From positions 1,646 through 65,645 of the forward strand of contig CAVTZX010000044.1 in the NCBI GenBank assembly GCA_963739275.1: DNA of 64,000 nt. The letters run 5' to 3'. The notes beneath the pieces are model-generated. The model did not search any database. It was not told the DNA's origin and was given only the letters and a program-made list of their open reading frames with translations. Positions 55,936 to 64,000 of the stretch are shown here, one piece after another; positions within the stretch are counted from its first letter, which is position 1, and the number at the start of each line of letters is the position of its first letter. The stretch comes from an uncultured Acidobacteriota bacterium (GTDB lineage: Bacteria > Acidobacteriota > Terriglobia > Acidiferrales > UBA7541). A program made the position numbers and the translations under genes.

Positions 55936-56484
55936 ATGCGTGTCGTCCAAAAAGGCCAGTTGATGTCAGCAACGGAAATTGACCGCACGCTCCAGCGGCT
56001 GGCGCATGAAATTGTCGAGCGCAGCGGTGGCACGGCAAATCTCGGACTGATTGGTATTCGCCGACGCGGCGTGCCTCTGGCACAGCGCATCGCGCGTGCA
56101 ATGCGGGGCATTGACGGCGTCGAAGTGCCCGTCGGAACGCTCGACATCACGCTCTACCGTGACGATCTCTCCAAGGTTGCTGCGCAGCCCGTCCTGCAGG
56201 CCAGCGACATCCCCTTTGGGGTGGACGACAAGGACCTGATCGTCGTGGACGATGTGCTGTACACCGGTCGCACGATTCGCGCGGCAATGAACGGCCTCTT
56301 CGATCTCGGCCGCCCGAAAAGCATCCGCCTATGCGTTCTGATCGATCGCGGCCACCGTGAGCTGCCCATCGAAGCCGCATTTATCGGCCGGTCGGTGCAG
56401 ACCGGCGACATGGAAATTATCGAAGTCCGTTTGGAAGAAGTCGACAAGGAAGAGCGAGTCATGCTCGTCGAACGCGTGGACTGA
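55936..56484 (+). CDS. pyrR: bifunctional pyr operon regulator / uracil phosphoribosyltransferase PyrR
   Basis: RLAHEIVER, LIVVDDVLYTGRTIRAA (PRPP motif), LIDRGHRELPI. Confidence 0.85.
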   Translation: MRVVQKGQLMSATEIDRTLQRLAHEIVERSGGTANLGLIGIRRRGVPLAQRIARAMRGIDGVEVPVGTLDITLYRDDLSKVAAQPVLQASDIPFGVDDKDLIVVDDVLYTGRTIRAAMNGLFDLGRPKSIRLCVLIDRGHRELPIEAAFIGRSVQTGDMEIIEVRLEEVDKEERVMLVERVD

Positions 56485-56499
56485 TTGGCTTACCCATTG

Positions 56500-57528
56500 A
56501 TGGCCAGCGCGATTGCCGCGAGGGTTCTCGAGGACGTTGTGCCACACCGCTTCCGTCACATACTCGGGATTGAGCCGCTCACCGCCCCGCAAATCACTTT
56601 TCTCCTCGACCAATCGAAGACATTTCAGGAAATTCAGCGGCACCCGCTGAAAAAACTGGCCACGCTGCGCGGCAAGACGGTAGCGCTGGCGTTTTTTGAG
56701 CCTTCGACGCGCACGCGGATCAGTTTCGGGACTGCGGCCGCGCGGCTCGGCGCCGATACGATGAACCTGCAGGCCGAATCCTCGAGCCTGAAGAAGGGTG
56801 AATCGCTGCTCGACACAGTGCGCACGCTCGACGCCATGAAGCCCGATTGCATCGTGATGCGCCACGAGGCTTCGGGCGCGCCGCACTTCGTGGCCGAGCG
56901 GCTGGATCTGCCGGTGATCAACGCAGGCGATGGGACCCACGAACACCCCACGCAAGGCTTGCTCGATGCCCTGACGATTCGCGACCGCAAGGGCACGCTG
57001 GAGCGCTGGAACGTCACCATCCTCGGTGATATCCAGCACAGCCGCGTAGCGCGGTCGAACATCCATCTCCTCGGAAAATTCGGCTGCCAATTTACACTGT
57101 GCGGTCCGGCGATGTGGCTGCCGCGTGAACTGGAAGCTCTGGCGCCTCCGGGGAGCTCGATCCGGCGCGTGGCGCGGGTGGAAGAGGCGCTCGAAGGCGC
57201 GGACATCATCATTGTCTTGCGCGTACAGCAGGAGCGCATGCACGAACCCGCGCTGCCGCTCGATGAATACATTCTGCTTTACCAATTGACGCTGGAGCGG
57301 CTACGGCTGTCGCGGCCGGATGCGCTGGTGCTGCACCCCGGGCCGATGATCCGCGGCCTCGAAATCGAACCCGCAGTGGCCGATGGCCCGCAGTCGTGCG
57401 TGCTCGAACAGGTCACGAACGGTTTGGCGGTTCGCATGGCGCTGCTTTTCCTGCTGATCGGTACGGGAAGCGGTGAAGCCGCTCAAGAATTCTCCCCGGT
57501 CAAGGACGAAACGGATGCTGCTCGTTAA
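56500..57528 (+). CDS. pyrB: aspartate carbamoyltransferase catalytic subunit
   Basis: FFEPSTRTR, HEHPTQGLLD and HPGP motifs. ATG 56500 is used; a TTG at 56485 is possible. Confidence 0.9.
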   Translation: MASAIAARVLEDVVPHRFRHILGIEPLTAPQITFLLDQSKTFQEIQRHPLKKLATLRGKTVALAFFEPSTRTRISFGTAAARLGADTMNLQAESSSLKKGESLLDTVRTLDAMKPDCIVMRHEASGAPHFVAERLDLPVINAGDGTHEHPTQGLLDALTIRDRKGTLERWNVTILGDIQHSRVARSNIHLLGKFGCQFTLCGPAMWLPRELEALAPPGSSIRRVARVEEALEGADIIIVLRVQQERMHEPALPLDEYILLYQLTLERLRLSRPDALVLHPGPMIRGLEIEPAVADGPQSCVLEQVTNGLAVRMALLFLLIGTGSGEAAQEFSPVKDETDAAR

Positions 57529-58822
57529 GAACGGCCGTGTGCTCGATCCCGCGAGCGGGACGGACGCCGCGCTGGATGTGCTGCTCGACGGTGAACAGAT
57601 CGCGCAGGTCGCACCGGGAATTTCCGCGCCTGGGGCGGAAATCCTGGATGCGCGCGGCCTCGTCGTCGCGCCGGGGTTCATTGACCTGCACTGCCATCTA
57701 CGCGAACCGGGCGGCGAAGCTTCCGAGACGATTGCCACAGGCACGCGGGCGGCGGCGCGCGGCGGATTCACCGCCGTGTGCGCCATGCCGAATACAAGAC
57801 CGGTGAACGATAATGCCTCGGTGACGCGCGCAATTGTCGAGCGCGCCGCGACCGCGGAGCAGGCACGCGTCTGGCCGATCGGCGCGGCGTCGGCCAGGAG
57901 CCAAGGCGAATCGCTTGCCGAAATCGCAGCGATGAAACAGGCCGGCATCGTCGCCGTCAGCGACGACGGGCGGCCGATCGCCACCGCGAAGCTCCTGCGC
58001 CAGGTGATGGAATATTGCCGCTCGCTCGACCTCCCTGTGATCGAGCATGCTGAGGATGCCTCGCTCGCGGCAGGCGCGGTCATGCGCGAAGGGCCGACCT
58101 CCGTACGGCTGGGCCTGCACGGAATGCCCGCGGCGACGGAGTCGGTCTGCGTAGCGCGCGACGTTCAGATTGCACGGCTGACCGGCTGCCGGTTGCACAT
58201 CGCGCACCTTTCGACGGGCGCATCACTCGATCTCGTGCGCGCGGCCAAACGCGACGGCCTGCCGGTGACCTGCGAGGTCACGCCGCACCACTTCACGCTC
58301 ATCGACGAAGATGTGGGCTACGACACGCGCTACAAAATGAACCCGCCACTCGCCTCGCGCGATGACCGTGACGCTCTGCTCACAGGCCTGGCCGACGGCT
58401 CCGTGGACGCCATCGCCACCGACCATGCGCCGCACGAGCCCGCACTCAAAGACGTTGAGTTTGACCGCGCGCCGTTCGGCGTCACGGGATTCGAGACCGC
58501 GCTCGCGCTTGGACTCGAGCAACTCGTGCATACGGGGCGCATTCCGCTGATGCACCTGATTGAGTTGCTTACTACAGGCCCCGCACGCGTGCTCGGGATC
58601 GAGCGCCGCATCGCTGCAGGCCAGCTTGCCGACCTTACGCTCTTCTCAAACGATCATGGCTGGACTTTTCGCGTGGAGGACTCCGCGAGCAAGTCGCGCA
58701 ATTCTCCCTTCGATGGCCGCAGTTTCCGCGGCGCGCCGATGGTCACGATTGTGGCGGGCCGAGTCGTCTTTCTCTGCGACCGGGAGGCCAATAGCCGAAG
58801 TGCGGGACAGGTGCGGGGCTAG
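57515..58822 (+). CDS. pyrC: dihydroorotase
   Basis: MLLVKNGRVLDP..., PGFIDLHCHLREPG, DHAPH motifs. Overlaps the pyrB end by 14 nt. Confidence 0.9.
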   Translation: MLLVKNGRVLDPASGTDAALDVLLDGEQIAQVAPGISAPGAEILDARGLVVAPGFIDLHCHLREPGGEASETIATGTRAAARGGFTAVCAMPNTRPVNDNASVTRAIVERAATAEQARVWPIGAASARSQGESLAEIAAMKQAGIVAVSDDGRPIATAKLLRQVMEYCRSLDLPVIEHAEDASLAAGAVMREGPTSVRLGLHGMPAATESVCVARDVQIARLTGCRLHIAHLSTGASLDLVRAAKRDGLPVTCEVTPHHFTLIDEDVGYDTRYKMNPPLASRDDRDALLTGLADGSVDAIATDHAPHEPALKDVEFDRAPFGVTGFETALALGLEQLVHTGRIPLMHLIELLTTGPARVLGIERRIAAGQLADLTLFSNDHGWTFRVEDSASKSRNSPFDGRSFRGAPMVTIVAGRVVFLCDREANSRSAGQVRG

Positions 58823-59703
58823 CGGTTCACTGCGGGCTCGGCGGCGGGGTGCATGCCGTGTTGCGGAGCTTCGTGGATACCGCGGGGCGGGGCCTCCTGG
58901 TGGGCGCGGTAGAAATGATCAAGTGGGCCGGGGCCTTTGCCGATCATGAATCCCTTTTCAATTGCTTTGGTGACGTAAGTCTTGGCCAGCAGCACGGCGT
59001 CGTGCAGCGGACGGCCGCAGGCGAGTTGTGCTGCAACGGCCGAGGCAAACGTACAGCCCGAGCCGTGCGTGTTCGCGCTCTTCACGCGCTCTCCGCCCAA
59101 CGCCAGAACTTCCGTGCCGTCGAAGAGGACGTCGATGGCCCGCTCCATATGGCCGCCCTTTACCACGACGGCGCGCGCGCCGCGTTCGACAAGCTTTCGC
59201 GCCGCCGCTTCCATCGCCGCTACGTCTTTGACCGGGATGCCGGCCAGCAATTCGGCCTCGGCGATATTCGGCGTGACGACGGTCGAGCGTTTCATCAATT
59301 CTTCGCCCAGGTATTTGAGGCCGCCTGCGTCGAGCAGGTCGGCGCCGCCGGCGGTGGCCTTCACCACGGGGTCGAGCACCACGTGGGGGCAATTCACGCG
59401 GTCCAGGAACTCCGCGACCACGACCGCGTTGCCGCGGTTGCCCAGCATGCCGATCTTGATCGCCGCAAACGAAACGTCTTCGGCAAGCGCATCCAGCTGG
59501 CTGCGCAGCAGCGCCGCGGGCGTGATGTGGATGTTCTTCACGCCTTGCGTAGATTGCACGGTGAGCGCGGTCACGGCGGCGACGCCATAGCAATTGTGCG
59601 CCGCAAACGTCTTCAGGTCCGCGGCAATGCCCGCGCCACCGCTCGGATCGAACCCCGCAATCGTAAGGAGGATGGGTGGAGATGGATTAACGTGATTGGA
59701 CAT
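58819..59703 (-). CDS. thiD: bifunctional hydroxymethylpyrimidine / phosphomethylpyrimidine kinase
   Basis: LTIAGFDPSGGAGIAADLKTF... and ...THGSGCTFASA motifs. Confidence 0.9.
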   Translation of the reverse strand: MSNHVNPSPPILLTIAGFDPSGGAGIAADLKTFAAHNCYGVAAVTALTVQSTQGVKNIHITPAALLRSQLDALAEDVSFAAIKIGMLGNRGNAVVVAEFLDRVNCPHVVLDPVVKATAGGADLLDAGGLKYLGEELMKRSTVVTPNIAEAELLAGIPVKDVAAMEAAARKLVERGARAVVVKGGHMERAIDVLFDGTEVLALGGERVKSANTHGSGCTFASAVAAQLACGRPLHDAVLLAKTYVTKAIEKGFMIGKGPGPLDHFYRAHQEAPPRGIHEAPQHGMHPAAEPAVNR

Positions 59704-59954
59704 CGCGCGCTGTAGAACTTTCTCCCCTTCACATGCCAGGCAGAAGCGCCGGCGCCGCTCAATCCTCGGAGCGCGCCGGCAATTTGCAATTTACGCGCGA
59801 TGAATCGCGCACGCAAGAAGAATTTTCACAGCAGAGAGTTGAGACTGAGGAAAACGCTGACGGAGTGCCGCGGATGTCGCAGAGTTTCTCGGAGAACGAC
59901 TCGCCGCACACTCGCCTTCAGAAGCGCGGAGGTGGCAGAGAGATTGTACAAGCC

Positions 59955-61260
59955 TCAAGGAAAGAGGCCGCGGACCAGGGTGGCGTCGGCGACACGCCCC
60001 ACGGCGAGCACGTAAGCTCCGGCGCGCATGTGGGTGTGGTACTTGCGCATGGTTTCGTAGACGTCACGGAACGCGCGCTTCATCACCACTTCGAGCCGCG
60101 CGTTCACTTCATTCTCCAACCAGAAGTAGCCCTGCAGATCCTGCGCCCACTCGAAGTAGCTAACGGTGACGCCACCCGCGTTGGCGAGGATGTCCGGGAT
60201 GACCAGGATGCCTTTCCGGGCCAGAACTTCATCGGCATGCGGCGTGGTGGGCCCGTTCGCGGCCTCGGCAACGATCTTGGCCTTGATCTGATCGGCGTTG
60301 TGCAGGGTGATGACGTTTTCGAGCGCGGCGGGAATGAGGATGTCGCACTTCAGCGCGAGCAAATCGTCATTGGAGATGCGCGAAGCGCCGGGCATGCCCA
60401 CGACGGTGCCAGAGCGCTCCTTATAGCGCATGGCTTTGATGGGATCAATGCCGCGGGAATTGAAAACGCCACCGCGGGAATCGCTGACGGCGATGATCTT
60501 CGCCTTTTTCTCGGCGAAGAGCCGCGCGGCGATCGAGCCCGCATTGCCGAAGCCTTGAATCGCAACCGTCGCGCCGCGCAGATTGACCTTCTTTACTTTG
60601 CAAGCTTCCTCAGTGACGTAGAGGCAGCCGCGCGCCGTGGCCTCGTTGCGCCCCGCGCGAACCGCCGAGGGAGACCGGCTTGCCGGTGACCACGCCCAAC
60701 GCCGAGTAACCCACGGTCATCGAGTACGTGTCCATGATCCAGGCCATGGTCTGCGCGTCGGTGTACATATCGGGCGCGGGGATGTCGCGGTCCGGCCCGA
60801 TGATGGGCAGAATTTCGCTGGCGTAGCGGCGCGTCATGCGCTCGAGTTCGCCCTTGGACATGCGCTTGGGGTCGCAGATCACACCGCCCTTGCCGCCGCC
60901 GTAAGGAATGTTGACCGTGGCGGTCTTCCACGTCATCCAGGCGGCCAGGGCCTTCACTTCATCGAGCGTGACGTTGGGATGGTAGCGAATGCCTCCCTTA
61001 GCCGGGCCGCGCGCGACATTGTGCTGCACGCGATAGCCGGTGAACACTTTGAGCTGCCCGTTGTCGAGCTTCGTGGGGATGGACACCTCGAGCACCCGCT
61101 TCGGCGTCCGCAGCACCTGGCGCAGGCCGGGATCGAGCTTCAAGAACTCCGCGGCCATATCGAACTGGATCTGCGAGATGCGGAATGGGTTCAGATCTTC
61201 GCGCGGCATCATCCGCGGAATCATCGGCTGTTGCGGCGCGGCTTTTGCGACCGTGGCCAT
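59955..61260 (-). pseudogene. gdhA: Glu/Leu/Phe/Val-family (glutamate) dehydrogenase interrupted by a +1 frameshift in a C/G run at 60651-60654
   Basis: The N-terminal ORF ([17 protein letters not shown]) ends shortly after ...[11 protein letters not shown]. Removing one G from CGCGGGGCGC restores ...[19 protein letters not shown]...AIQGFGNAGS... and runs directly into the 59955-60431 ORF. Confidence 0.85.
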
Positions 61261-61278
61261 TGTTGTGTTCTCCTCCGC

Positions 61279-61572
61279 CTATCCGCCGGCCGCGCGCCGC
61301 TGCGATGTCCGGTAGCGTTCGCGGCACTCGGCCGAACAGAAATGAAGTACTTGGCCCGATTCCTCGAGAGTGTGTGAAATCTCCGGGGAGACGTGCGTGC
61401 CGCACCAGGGGTCGCGAAACAGATGGCGGGGAGCCGCAGGAGCTCCGGGACGCTCCGCGCGCGCACCGGACTTGCCCGCTGCGGCACGCACGAGTCTGCG
61501 CACCAGCCAGGCAATCCAAACGAAAAAGACCAGCCAGAAAATGTAACGGATGATGCGAGCCAGAAACGCCAC
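61279..61572 (-). CDS. small membrane protein with C-terminal YHS/TRASH-like Cys motif
   Basis: N-terminal TM segment (IIRYIFWLVFFVWIAWLV), then RDPWCGTHV...HFCSAECRERY. Confidence 0.55.
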   Translation of the reverse strand: MAFLARIIRYIFWLVFFVWIAWLVRRLVRAAAGKSGARAERPGAPAAPRHLFRDPWCGTHVSPEISHTLEESGQVLHFCSAECRERYRTSQRRAAGG

Positions 61573-61791
61573 GCTGAGTTGTGCGCCTTCCCGCAGCGAG
61601 AATTGGCTCAGCCCGCCGCGCCAGGCCGGCGCGCCACTGTTCCCCTAGTGCTGTAAGTCGCACTGGCTGTGGAGTTTAGTCAACTCGGGAAACGAGGTCA
61701 ATCAAAACCCGGCGGAGGAGATTCCGAGGCTGCTGGAGCGGCGGGGGCTGGCGAGTGCTCGTTCTGCTCTACTGCACTGAAAATAAACGAG

Positions 61792-63075
61792 TTACATGTG
61801 GACCGCCTGCCCGGAAATGCGGTCGGTGCCCATGTAGGGGCGCAGAACGTCGGGGATCAGTATGGAGCCATCGGCCTGCTGGTAGTTCTCTACAATCGCG
61901 ATCCAGGTGCGGCCGATGGGGAGGCCCGAGCCATTCAGAGTGTGCACGAACTCGCTCTTGCCGCTCTTCGGCTTAAAGCGTATGCCCGCGCGACGCGCCT
62001 GGAACGCCTCGCAGTTCGAGCAGGATGAAATCTCCATGAATTCACTGGACGAAGGAATCCAAGCTTCGATGTCGTAGGTTCTCGCCGATGCGAAGCCCGT
62101 ATCGCCGGTGCAAAGCTGCATAACGCGGTAGTGGATGCCAAGTCTCTGCAGGATTGCCTCGGCGTCGCGGACGAGTTTCTCGAGCTCGTCATAACTTTGC
62201 TCAGGTTGCGTGAACTTGAACAGCTCCACCTTCTGGAATTGATGCTGGCGCTTGATGCCGCGCGTATCTTTGCCGGCTGCTCCGGCTTCTGAGCGGAAGC
62301 AGGAGGTCCAGGCGCAGACCCGGATCGGCAGCGCATCGGCATCCAGGGTTTCGTCGCGATAGAGGTTGGTCAGCTCCGTCTCCGCGGTGGTCGTGAGCCA
62401 TAGATCCGTGCCTTCGAGGTGGAACATATCACCTGCAAATTTCGGTAGTTTGCCGTCCGCCACCAGCGACGCCGTGTTCACGATGAACGGCGGGAGGATC
62501 TCCGTATAGCCGTGTTCGCGCGTGTGCACGTCGAGGAAAAAATTCGCCAGGGCGCGTTCGAGTCGCGCACCCAGCCCGCGATAAAGCGCAAATCGCGCAC
62601 CCGCAATCTTCACGGCCCTCGGCAGATCGAGAATCCCCGCAGTCTCGCCGACTTCCCAGTGAGGCCGCGGAGCGAAGTCGAACTTCGGCGGCGCGCCCCA
62701 GCGACGCACCTCGACGTTGTCGGCCGCGCTCTTCCCCACGGGCACGGAGGACTGCGGCAGGTTCGGGACGTTAAGCATGAACTGCCGGAGTTGCTCATCC
62801 AGCGCAGTGATGCGTTCGTCGGACTGTTTGATCTCGTCCGAGACCTGCTTCATCCGCACCAGAAGCGCGGTTGCATCCTGTCCTGATTTCTTGAGCCGCG
62901 CGATTTCTTCGCTCGCCTTGTTGCGCTCGGCTTTCAGGCGCTCGGTCGCGGTGATGCGCTCGCGGCGCTCGCGGTCGAGCGCGCGGAAGCCCTCCAAGTC
63001 GAGCTGGACGCCGCGGTTTGCAGCCATCTGCTCGAAAAGGTCGAGGTGCTCGCGAAAGTAGTTGAGGTCGTGCAT
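61792..63075 (-). CDS. serS: serine--tRNA ligase
   Basis: [12 protein letters not shown]... coiled-coil arm, followed by a class II core ([25 protein letters not shown]). Confidence 0.95.
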   Translation of the reverse strand: MHDLNYFREHLDLFEQMAANRGVQLDLEGFRALDRERRERITATERLKAERNKASEEIARLKKSGQDATALLVRMKQVSDEIKQSDERITALDEQLRQFMLNVPNLPQSSVPVGKSAADNVEVRRWGAPPKFDFAPRPHWEVGETAGILDLPRAVKIAGARFALYRGLGARLERALANFFLDVHTREHGYTEILPPFIVNTASLVADGKLPKFAGDMFHLEGTDLWLTTTAETELTNLYRDETLDADALPIRVCAWTSCFRSEAGAAGKDTRGIKRQHQFQKVELFKFTQPEQSYDELEKLVRDAEAILQRLGIHYRVMQLCTGDTGFASARTYDIEAWIPSSSEFMEISSCSNCEAFQARRAGIRFKPKSGKSEFVHTLNGSGLPIGRTWIAIVENYQQADGSILIPDVLRPYMGTDRISGQAVHM

Positions 63076-63186
63076 GAGCACACGAGAATACCGCAAAGGG
63101 ATGGCGGCGCAAAGGCGCGGTCGGCACCGCATTGGGTGCGAATCTTTTTTGACAAGCCCGAGGCTTTACGTTACGTTGCGAAAGTG

Positions 63187-63666
63187 ATGAGACGACATCT
63201 CCTGTTTTTCGGTCTTGCGCTGTTCCTCTTCAGTGCGGCGGCTTGTAACAAGAATTCCGGGGCGAATCCCGACGATGCGGCGATTCGCGCGGCGGTGCAG
63301 AAGTATCTTTCGGGGCGCCCCGGCCTCAATGTGAGCGCGATGGATGTGAACGTGAAGCAGGTCAGCATCGCGGGCAACACGGCGCAAGCGCGCGTGGAGT
63401 TCAAGGCCAAAGGCTCCGGCGCAGGGATGGAGATGACCTACAACCTGGAGCGCCAGGGCAACACGTGGGTGGTGAAGACCAGCCAGAACACAGGGGGGCT
63501 CAACCATCCCCCCACCGATCAAGGGACGTCGCCTGCCGCAGGAGGGGAGCTCCCCGCCGGACATCCTCCCATCACTGCGCCGCAGCAGCCGAGCGGCACG
63601 CTTCCCGCCGGACACCCGCCGATCACCGAACCGGGAAAAACGTCCTCTCCTCCAAAGAAGAACTAG
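63187..63666 (+). CDS. hypothetical lipoprotein with proline-rich tail
   Basis: Lipobox LFSAAAC. The tail has a duplicated LPAGHPPIT motif. Confidence 0.6.
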   Translation: MRRHLLFFGLALFLFSAAACNKNSGANPDDAAIRAAVQKYLSGRPGLNVSAMDVNVKQVSIAGNTAQARVEFKAKGSGAGMEMTYNLERQGNTWVVKTSQNTGGLNHPPTDQGTSPAAGGELPAGHPPITAPQQPSGTLPAGHPPITEPGKTSSPPKKN

Positions 63667-63739
63667 CCTCTCCCGCGGCCCGGACTCTCCTCGGGCAGGT
63701 GTGCTAGCATCCAGAGATCTGGGGATCGCGAAGAAACCC

Positions 63740-64000
63740 ATGCCGGAGCGCAACGTCTACATTGTGAGCGCGGTGCGTACGCCGATTGGGAAATTCGGCG
63801 GCGCGCTGACAGAGTTTTCCGCGGCCGATCTCGGCGTCATTGCGGTGCGCGCAGCGTTAGAGCGCGCTTTTGGCGCAGCCCCAGCGGAGCGAAGGCCAGG
63901 AGAAAAACAAGAGAACGGGCGAGATGCCGGCCGTACAACTACGCGCGCGCCTCGAGTGGATGAATTGATCTTCGGCAACGCCCGCCAAGCGGGGGGAGGG
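63740..64000 (+). CDS. acetyl-CoA C-acetyltransferase (thiolase), 5' partial at the window edge
   Basis: MPERNVYIVSAVRTPIGKFGGAL...AADLG..AVRAALERA...VDELIFGN. Runs off the window. Contains a ~24-aa hydrophilic insertion relative to the usual ERAG-x5-VDE spacing. Confidence 0.8.
   Translation, partial: MPERNVYIVSAVRTPIGKFGGALTEFSAADLGVIAVRAALERAFGAAPAERRPGEKQENGRDAGRTTTRAPRVDELIFGNARQAGGG

Noticed and set aside
59704-59954. Possible TPP riboswitch upstream of thiD.
   Set aside because: The minus-strand leader lacks the CUGAGA and ACCUGAUCUGGAUAAUGCCAGCG core. Only a vague CCTGGCATGTGAAGGGGA resemblance is present.

Overview
GC-rich bacterial chromosomal segment. Gene content and repeat families point to Acidobacteriota (Terriglobia-like); that assignment is inference. 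Evidence for it: a remnant of an ADOP-type MacB-like permease, CarboxypepD_reg, DUF4097 and tricorn-like proteins, and GGAATGAC- and SFRIRTY-type intergenic repeats.

The window is dominated by core housekeeping genes:
- the tail of a DUF692/DUF2063/DoxX operon;
- an aromatic amino-acid decarboxylase, YceI, and two DoxX genes;
- an ECF sigma / anti-sigma / DUF4097 module;
- uppS and pcm;
- a tricorn-like protease;
- an amino-acid permease plus kynureninase-like pair;
- a bamA / SurA_N-like / tamB operon;
- ThiF;
- a trans-sulfuration PLP enzyme;
- yebC-ruvC;
- a methylmalonyl-CoA mutase catalytic subunit;
- maf, two tatA genes and selB;
- a pyrimidine cluster (pyrF, pyrD, pyrR-pyrB-pyrC);
- thiD, gdh, serS and a thiolase 5' end.

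I found no transposase, integrase, CRISPR array, rRNA or tRNA, and no convincing new multi-gene system (defence, RiPP core or secretion).

The features that ordinary annotation does not explain are:
1. A roughly 315-355 bp low-GC structured element in two inverted copies. Each copy sits upstream of a gene and is built from three 24-nt modules, a G-tract and AGTCAC heptad repeats.
2. A conserved structured leader upstream of the Cys/Met PLP gene. It is duplicated 2.8 kb away together with a decayed 65-codon fragment of that gene. The two copies are direct repeats flanking a two-gene cassette.
3. Five single-base indels disrupting or scrambling conserved genes (tricorn-like protease, yebC twice, ruvC, gdh), plus a pyrF with no canonical start codon. 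Assembly or consensus errors are the most likely cause, but this is testable.
4. An orphan strong intrinsic terminator inside a divergent promoter region.
5. A LysW-like zinc-ribbon protein with a very long acidic tail, with none of the LysX/RimK-type ligase genes that normally accompany LysW nearby.

All functional calls come from recognising protein motifs by eye. No database search was run.
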